From the human T2T-CHM13v2.0 reference genome, Homo sapiens, in NCBI RefSeq assembly GCF_009914755.1, contig NC_060925.1: a DNA stretch of 64,000 nucleotides, one strand, 5' to 3'. The number at the start of each line of letters is the position of its first letter. The stretch's first letter is position 1. Shown here one piece after another: positions 55,397 to 64,000 of this stretch. The position numbers were made by a program, and so were the translations under genes. Below the pieces are notes generated by a model, which did not search any database, had not been told where the DNA came from, and saw nothing but the letters and a program-made list of their open reading frames with translations.

Positions 55397-55539
55397 TTTA
55401 ATTGGGAAATGGCAACCTCATTCAGCTCAGTGAAGGCTGGGTCACTTGCTAGGTTACAACTTCAGTGATCAGGGCACTTCAGTGGCTCTTCAGAGTTCAT
55501 TTGTATATAAGTGAAGCTCTCCCTTTTGTAGACTTCTCT
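55397..55539 (-). pseudogene. Vitellogenin exon 6 remnant
   Basis: acacag| EKSTKGRASLIYK*...SALITEVVT*QVTQ/FTELNEVAISQL AA|gtagga versus recalled ERLTKGTTAFSYK...GTLITDVSSRQVYQISPFNEPTGVAVMEAR; phase-2 donor conserved. Confidence 0.85.
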
Positions 55540-56323
55540 CTGTGTAAGTACAAACCAACCAGAGGCATGGCTATTGCTTTCCTGTCACTTAGGAATGAAA
55601 TTAATGACTCCTTTATGTCCCATGCCAGGCAATCATCTCAATAGTTTGTGCAAGCTTAGCTTATCTACACAATATCAAACAGGCAATCACAGTTCTCCCA
55701 TGATGCCAGGCAAAACAGAACTTTGTTTCTCCTACATAAAAGAGCACAACATCACAGGTTTAAAACCTCTCACCCTCAGTTTCATCTCACTATTATTGTG
55801 TTAAACATGCTTAATGAAAAATCTGGGCTGGGTTCTTTTCTGTCTTCCCACAATGAAAGTCACAGGAATGGAAACTCGGTTCCAAATGTTTCCATGTGGA
55901 AATGAAGTTGAGAGAAAGCAGTCTCATAAGTATGTGTTAAGTGCCTGTGGAAGCAGAGTCTCATGTTAGACGCAGTGACATTCAGGAACAAATCAGAACA
56001 CATATTCTTGGCCTCCTGAGCTATCATTGTTGTTTGAAGAATGGAGCATTTACCATCTAATAAAAAAGTGAAAGCCTAACACACAAAATCAATTTTAAGA
56101 CAAAGGCTAGGACTTCTCAATTTAGAAGAGGAGATACTTGAATTTTTCTCACACATCATCCCTCACCAGGGCTCCTGAGTAGAACATCTCAGACAACGTA
56201 GGACATAATTTGAAAAGTACTGATCAAATCAGTACAGCACTGATTAAAGAGCAGGTATTGAGTGCCACGCCCATTGGGTGTTGATCCAGGGAAGAAGCTG
56301 GGAGCCCTAGTCTTGGAACCCAC

Positions 56324-56471
56324 CTGAGGATAGCCTAGAATGTCGTTCATGTACATAGTCTTCAACCTTTTTTTGCAAGGGCTGAGGTCCCTGGTCTTGT
56401 TCACAATCATCCTGCTGTACTTTTGGTCTTCTTGGATGGCATATCTGGTGGGCAAACTCCAAAACTGCCAA
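56324..56471 (-). pseudogene. Vitellogenin exon 5 remnant
   Basis: ctcttgtttgcag| GSFGVC/TRYAIQEDQKYSRMIVNKTRDLSPC versus recalled GIGGICHARYVIQEDRKNSRIYVTRTVDLNNC; 3' limit uncertain by about 9 nt. Confidence 0.92.
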
Positions 56472-56555
56472 CTGCAAACAAGAGAGAGAACAATCCCTCT
56501 GTCATCTGGCCATCCTACCCCGCAGCTGAGGGGAGTGTCAGCGAACCTGGAGCAC

Positions 56556-56778
56556 CTCCCGCAGTTCACAGACTAGTTATGTTTTCTTGATGGTCACATG
56601 CAGCATGTGGAGGATACTACAGAATATGTTGATGATGGTTTTCAACATCTTTTCAGAAGCATAAAATTTCCAGCCTTCCGTGGTATGTTTAAATTTCACA
56701 GGGTCAGAGAGGTGGGCTGCCATCATAGCGGTTTGGGGGCCAGAAACATTTATATTTATTAATTTGAGGAGATCAAAT
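56556..56778 (-). pseudogene. Vitellogenin exon 4 remnant
   Basis: cttctag| I*SPQINKYKCFWP...PVKF...YASE...NIFCSILHMLHVTIKKT*LVCELRE|gt versus recalled VRSPQVEEYNGVWP...FKF...YAPE...NIVRGILNMFQMTIKKSQNVYELQE; 84-nt GT-AG intron to exon 5. Confidence 0.93.
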
Positions 56779-57274
56779 CTAGAAGCAAGATTATGGGAAA
56801 TGCTAACATTTTTCAAACAAAAGCGTTCGAAAGAAAATATGAGAAAACATCCTTAGTGTTTGAGAATTGTTTTTTAGTTTACTCTAGCAGTCTGTTTATT
56901 CTTTCATCCTATAAATATGTAGCAAGTATCTGCCTTGTGTTAAGTCCTGTAATGTGCTAAACGTTGGGATCACTTTCAAAGAGCTGGATGAGGTTTCCAT
57001 GATGTCATACCACCTTGAAGATTTTCCAGGCCATTTAAGGCCTTCACTTACTGTAATTTCTCCCCAATTCCCCTCCACTCCATTTCTGAAAAAATACAAG
57101 CCTTTGGGAAATCCACCAGACCTGGGCAGAAGCCTAATTACCCTTTTGGAGACTCCCCAGGGGCTCCAGTGGTCCTCATTGTTTTGATCTCAGCCTCCTG
57201 ACCTGGTTTAGAAGCAAACCTGGAGTTGCATGGGGTAGCATTTTATCATCTGCAGGTAGAGATCTGGCTAGTTG

Positions 57275-57412
57275 CTTGCATATGAGAAAAAGAGAACTGA
57301 GAGAGCCAATTTCAAATTGAGTTGGCAGAAACCAGTGTGCAGGAAGAACTATTCTGGCAGTTTTTAAATGACTTCCAAAGTATTTTGCATTTGAGAGAGC
57401 AACTAAACTGGT
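57275..57412 (-). pseudogene. Vitellogenin exon 3 remnant
   Basis: KYFGSHLK/LPE*FFLHTGFCQLNLKLALS versus recalled NYEGSMLNGL(P/Q)(E/D)...AGVRLSSKLEIS; splice sites degenerate. Confidence 0.65.
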
Positions 57413-58104
57413 AAAAGAAACACTTGGATTGCACGGAATTGACTCAAGTGTAAAATAATATGGCTAATTTTCTCTTTTGATTTGGGATGATTGATGGAGT
57501 TGTGTGGAGGAGTGTGGGCAGAGAGAGCGTCTTTCTCTCCTTTCCCTGCCCTCCCACCAGTTCCACCTTACAGGACCTCTCTGGGCTCCCTTTAGGAATG
57601 CTATATAGACTTAGCTCTCCCTGCAAACTTGGGGGCGAGTCTCCTCCAGTGTTAACTCTGAAAAATTCAGGAGAGCATGAGTGTTTTAAGACCACAGGCT
57701 TTCTGATGTGTGACTCAGATCTGTGTTTAAAAGAGTCCATAACCCTAGAAGATTCTGATCATGATGGAAGAAGAATTTGCACTGTTCTCACTGATTAGAC
57801 ATGGAAAATCATTAGTTTCGCTTCTAGGGAAGAATTTAAACAATTGACAAAGCTATAGATTTTGCAGTCACAGCAGGGAGAAAGTGGAGGAAAAACATTT
57901 AAACAAGCAAAATTATTGATAAGAAATGGGCCCCTGTCTGGTTTCTATAACTTAGTTCTTCTGACTCATAGATGTTATAAAAAGCATCCTGCCTGAGTCA
58001 GAAATTTATTTTGGAGATATTACAGCTGCTCCCTTCCTGTTGAAAGGCATTTGTGAAAAAACTGTATATGACTAAAGACTTATATCAGCATTAGAAATGG
58101 TCGA

Positions 58105-58376
58105 GGCTAGGTGTACCCGTTATACTAGCACTTTGGGAGACCAAGGTGGATCACCTGAGGCCAGGAGTTCAAGACCAGCATGGGCAACATGGCAAAACCT
58201 CGTCTCTACAAACAAACACCCCAAAAAAGAAAAATTAGCCAGGCATAGTAGCACACACCTGTAGTCTCAGCTGCTCAAGAGTGAGGTGAGAAATTCACTT
58301 GAGCCCGGGAGATCAAGGCTGCAGTGAGCCATGATGGTACCACTGGGCAACAGAGTAAGACCCTGTCAAAAAAAAA
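58105..58376 (+). mobile_element. AluJ
   Basis: Diverged Alu. Confidence 0.8.
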
Positions 58377-59566
58377 GGAAGGAAGGAAGGAAGGAAAGGG
58401 AAAAATGGTCCAGAAGAAAGGTGAAAGTACAAAACAGAAGTGTGGGCCCTCTGGCTATTATCAATACTCAGAAAACTGCCTGTTCAAGAATTAGGCCAAT
58501 TCCTGTTATATATCCAAGAGCTTGAACTATAGTCAATGGATGTTCTATATTTGTTTAGAATGATTGGTTGAGTGAGGAATTTCTTAAGAATAAGATTTGT
58601 TTATGCTCCCAGGGCTTGACAAGCCCCATTTTCATCTCAGGTCTCTAAACAAATTTTAAATGTAGACATAAACAATGGACAATTCATTATAGTATGCTCC
58701 ATTATAGTACTTGATACACAGGTAGATAAATCCTGTTCTAAGGAGCAGACAAACAGACGAGGAAAGTTAAAACATACAGCTCTAGGAATTGTACTTTACT
58801 TAAGCCTCAATTTAGACAAATTAGACTATGTTAGTTCAGTTAGGAACAATAATATATTCTCATCACATGTGAATCTTCTGTAAGCTGTTTTGAAATAGAA
58901 GGTTAATAAAAGCTTAGAGGCCTAAGCATTCAATTCTGTTCTGGGATTTTCAACACTTACTATTTTTACTGGAACCCTTCATATGGGGTTTTCTTAAGAC
59001 ATTTTGGTGGTAGTAGAGGTGGTGAAATTAAGGCAAAAAAGAAAAACAAGTTGCTATTTCATTATAGGGGTGGGGACAGAACAAGGCTGAAGGGGCAGGG
59101 ACCAGGGGTGAGGAAATGGGGCAGACAATGACCACTCATTGAGAACATTTTGGTTAAAAAAATGCCAATAATAGCACACAAATGGAGTAGGTGGGTAGTG
59201 TGACTCGGGGAACTCTGTGTGTTGAAGGTTTGACTTAAAACTATGCCCAACAGGAAGAGCATGGGGCTGGGGCTGGGGCAGGTTTGGGGGTTGGGAGGCA
59301 GAGGCGTTGTGGGGAAACACTGAAGGCTGAAGATGTCTGGAAGAGGGTGATTCCCGAGGAAATGAAGTCATGAGATGCAGGGCACGGGTGGAAGCTTTAA
59401 TCCTGTGATCAGGGAAAAGGAGCAGCTTGTGGGGAAAGGCTTGGTCTTAGAGGCTGGGAACCCAGCACAGGCCTGCACTGTTTGCCCAACAGATCACCCA
59501 AAACGCACTTGGACTCAACTCAAGTGTCTTCCCTTCTGAAGCTCTGTGCCCTTAGAATCCAGTTTG

Positions 59567-60209
<643 letters not shown>

Positions 60210-60317
60210 CATTGTTTTTAAATTACAAAGTCTACACCGGTGAGCTAGCATGTGAAGCCCAGTTCTGTTTCTCACCATTTTCCTCTAACCAATCCTACCC
60301 ACTATGCTCTGGCCTCC

Positions 60318-60503
60318 CAGTGGTTTCAGAGTATGGTCCCTGGACTAGCAACATGAGTATCACCTGAGAACTTGTTTAAAATGCAAAGTTTCAGGCCCTA
60401 CTTTAGATTTAATGAATCAGACACTCTGGAGGAGGGATCCAGCAATCTGCTTCTTAACAAGGCTTCCAGGGCCTTCAGGTGCAGGCTCAAGTTTGAGAAC
60501 CAC
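60318..60503. mobile_element. MER5A-like MITE
   Basis: cagtggtttc...tttgagaaccactg termini. Confidence 0.75.
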
Positions 60504-61189
60504 TGGGCAGGTTCTGCTGAACTACTGGCTCTTCCCTACGCTCCACTGTATGACATCTCCATGCCTTTGCGCATGCTGTTCTCTCTGACCAAAAGTCTTT
60601 TCTCCCTTCCATTCCTGTTTTTTAAAAGTTAAATCAAGGATTATTCCCTCTATAATTCCTTTCCTGTTCAGCTCTTTCTTTCCTGATTATGGTGACTGCT
60701 ACTGTCACCCTTGCATCCACGGAAACGAGTGAAAATGTCTATCATTCATAGGCCATGCTTTGTTGTCCTCATGGTTTATGTGTCTGCTTCCTCAAAAGAC
60801 AGCAAGCTCCCCAAGGTAGTGACCATATTTGTCCTGGCACAGTGCTGGGGCTCAGAAAATGTTTGTTGCGTTGACATGTTACTGAAAAGCAAAGTGCAGA
60901 GAGGGGAGGGAAGAAAAGGGAAAGTGAAGAGTGTGCAAACGATCAACAACTACCACAATTAGAAAAGCTGGCACTGATTGAGTTCTATCTGTGTGATAGG
61001 TTCTGTGCTAATGCTTCGCAGGGACTGTGTCATTTAATCTTCCCAACAATTCTGTAGGTTTGATTATCCTCAATTAACAAGAGATGGAAATTAAGGCATA
61101 GAGAAGTTATAGAATGTACCCAAGTTGCCCCTTGGTGTACATAGTAGAGCCAAGATTCACACACACAGTTTTCCTCCAGGGTCTATGCT

Positions 61190-61466
61190 TTTTTTTGTTT
61201 TTCTGTTTTTTTGCTTTTTGAGGCAGGGTCTCACTCTGTAGCCCAGGCTAGAGTGCATTGCATGATCATGGTTCACTGCAGCCTCGACCTCCTGAGCTCA
61301 AGTAATCCTCTTGTCTCAGTTTCCCAAGCAGGTAGGACCACAGGTGCCACCACACCTGGCTAATCTTTAAATTATTTGCAGAGAAGGGGTCTCACTTTGC
61401 TGCCCAGGCTGATCTCAAACTCCTGGCCTCAAGTGATCCTCCTGCCTCTGTCTCCCAAAGTGGTGG
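61190..61466 (-). mobile_element. AluJ interrupted by ERV insertion
   Basis: Alu stops at cccaaagtggtgg where the LTR begins. Confidence 0.8.
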
Positions 61467-64000
61467 TGTTATATGAGATAGAAAGAAATTATTTAGGTAG
61501 ACAGTTAGGGTAAAGTGAGTCCCAGCAGAAGACTTTCCTTCTAACAAAAAGTAGCTCAGAAATAGCTCCCTTTCTAACCTCATGCAGTTCAAAGAAATCA
61601 CTTCTAACAAAGAACAGCCCGAAAGATCAGGCTGTAAAAACACAGATAAACAACTCAGGCTCAGGAGATGGGGAGTCTCCTAGGTAATCACCAAACTTCA
61701 CACTTATACAATGGACCCCAGTAAAAACAGTGGGCCTTAATAAGCACATTCCTTTCCTTTTAGGCACACTAAGATAGGGAAGCTAAAAGTGGACTGGGGG
61801 GAGATGCCAGCAGCTGCAGGAAGATGTCTGGGAACAGACACAGAAATTCTCCCTCCCAGATAAGCAAAACAAAGCAGCACAAAGCAGCGCAGACTAAGAG
61901 TCTGTCTACATGATCAAGGAGTGAGGTGAGAGCTGATAGAAAACTCTACTCTATGCACATAGCACACCTGGTTCCAACTAAATCTTTGGGCCTCAGTAAG
62001 ATAAGACACCCCCTCCTCACTAGCCCATTTATAAAAACCCTGACATTTTTACTACAACTTGGCAACCCACTCAGGATCCCTCTCTGTGACAGAGAGCTGT
62101 TCTTTCCTTTTGCCTATTAAACTCCTGCTCCAGTCTCACTCTGTGTATGTGTGTCTGCGACTTCAATTTCCTTGGCCATGAGACCAACAACCTTGGTATT
62201 TACCCCAGACAATGAGGCTACTTCATTTGGGGGGCCCGTCCAGGATTTGAAGGTGAAATCATTGGAAGAGTGAGTAAAGGAGTGGACTCTCTACTTTCAT
62301 TTCCGAGGCTTCTCGTCCCCAGTTTTTATTCTCTCAAAGAACTATAAAAAAATCGGGCATCTGTCAGCTAATTAATGAGTCACAAGGGCTAGCCGCTAAT
62401 CTTAAAGACTCAGATGTGAAGCTTGCTGGGGAGGACTTAGTCAATCCTCCAGTGCCCTCAGGGTGCTGGGAACGTTGGCTCTGTCCAAACCAGTTTCCTT
62501 TCACTTTGCCATCACATGGGGCTGGAATAGGTCCTGGGGCAACTGAGGATTTCTGGCCAGGGCTACACCCTGGTGTTGTCCAAAGGCTCCTGGACTGACA
62601 CCAGCCTCCGACTGCCTGACTGGGTGTCGGCCACAAGATTGCCAAGCTTTCCTATTGCAAATCTTATTTTCCTCCTTTCCTTTCCGAGGTCACCATGTCT
62701 CCCATCCCCTCTCTGTACACAATGCTGCGGGAATTTTTATAGCCCAGAGAAATAATTCAGTTAGGCAGGCTTAGCAACCACCTTGGCAACCAGAAATGCA
62801 GGTCAAGGGGATTGCTGTTTTTGTGACTTTCTACCGACAGGGGGATTTCGTGATCCAGATCTGAAAGACTATTTAACTCCTAATGATAGCACTTCCTGGG
62901 GTTGGGTAGAAGGTTATCTCCCCACCAATGAACATCCCTCTCTCCACCTAGGCTGTTTCTTTTCCCATGTGAAGAACCAGCACTACCCAGCCGGACTGCA
63001 TAGTCCCTCTATGAGGCGAATTAACTTTCTCCTGCTAGGAGGCATGCTGTAGGAATGGCCTGCCACATGTCAGACTTCCCTCTCTGTCCATACGGAGGCC
63101 AAGTTACTGCCTGGTATTTCAAAGCTTGCAGCGTCACCTAGTGGAATAGGAATCCTTTCCATCGGCAACCTCGTCTGCCCTTTGCCAAAAGCCTCTAGCT
63201 TTCCACTTTTTCTCCCTTTTACATCCCTCTAAAAGAGATCAAACCTTATGTACCTCTGAGAGTGGGAGAACTCTGCTTTCAGCAGTGAGGAAAAAAATGT
63301 CCTCCAAAACCAAATTTTTGTCTCAATACTCTCTCCATTAGCAGAAAGGCTGCCATTTGACCCTTACATTCTCTTGAGACACCTATTCTGCTTGCAACTA
63401 GTATTTCGTCTAAATAGAAAGGGGATTTTATGTTTGGAAGTTAACTGGAACCACCATCTAAACATAAATTCTCTAGTCTGGTCCATAATAGCAGAGTATA
63501 AAGCTCAGCCCAGTACACTCCCTCCATTAAGGGGCCTTGCTTAAATGCAACTGTTACATAATCTCTCCTGATACCCATTCATCAAGGAGTCACACAGATC
63601 ACACAAGTCTGAGAGGTCAAAGGGCAATTATCAGGCAAAGGACTAAGGTCACATGGGTAAGCGTGACTATCCCCATTACTTAGCTCCTCTGGGACCATGG
63701 TTTGAAGGTCACACCTGCAACCATGGGGAGGCACACACTGTGCTGGGACCCAGGGACCAAGGAGAGAGAACAGTCAGGGGGACACTCCCACTGTCATCCC
63801 CTCCACCCTGGGTCACACCAAAAAGAACAAGGAGACTGAGGGATGCCTCTCCTCTTGTCTCTTTTCCAGGATGGGTAGCAAGTCATTTTGGCTTGCACTC
63901 TGCTGGAGTACATTTTGAACTCCTTTGACACCCAAACTCTGAAGAAAAAGTGGCTCATTTTCTGTTGCACAAGGGTGTGGCCTTCTTACCCTCTCAGGAA
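61467..64000 (+). mobile_element. ERV1 provirus 5' part (HUERS-P3/LTR9-like): LTR about 61467-62225, tRNA-Pro PBS 62228-62246, leader, start of decayed gag
   Basis: TG...CA LTR; PBS tggggggcccgtccaggat; gag matrix-like [22 protein letters not shown] at about 63925-63990. Confidence 0.85.

Noticed and set aside
56896-57099. ORF ending QGRYLLH resembling the exon 3 end
   Set aside because: That portion looks like a degenerate L2 3' end.
57545-57680. PEF...SCKVELVG in ORF 57444-57740 as vitellogenin exon 3
   Set aside because: Middle does not align; a better exon 3 match lies at 57275-57412.

Overview
Human-like (primate, Alu/L1-rich) genomic DNA that I recognise as the SPATA1-CTBS locus. It holds five 3' coding exons of SPATA1 (+ strand, 2.6-11.5 kb) and all seven coding exons of CTBS (- strand, ATG at 32789, TGA at 13377, spliced ORF 385 aa) with a CpG-island promoter. 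The main result lies in the apparently intergenic region upstream of CTBS: a fossil vitellogenin (egg-yolk protein) gene on the - strand. Remnants matching exons 3, 4, 5 and 6 (57.4-55.4 kb), several late exons (47.9-45.4 kb) and the terminal exon (40.7-40.6 kb) lie in the correct order. Several keep their AG/GT splice sites and phases, but all carry stops and/or frameshifts. The central exons seem to be missing, and a possible piece of a second tandem vitellogenin lies at about 59.5 kb. Vitellogenin comparisons and exon numbers use chicken/fish sequences recalled from memory, not a database search. The rest is transposable elements (Alus including an AluYa5, a ~6 kb L1, Tigger1, MaLR/ERV1 LTRs, the 5' end of a Pro-primed ERV).
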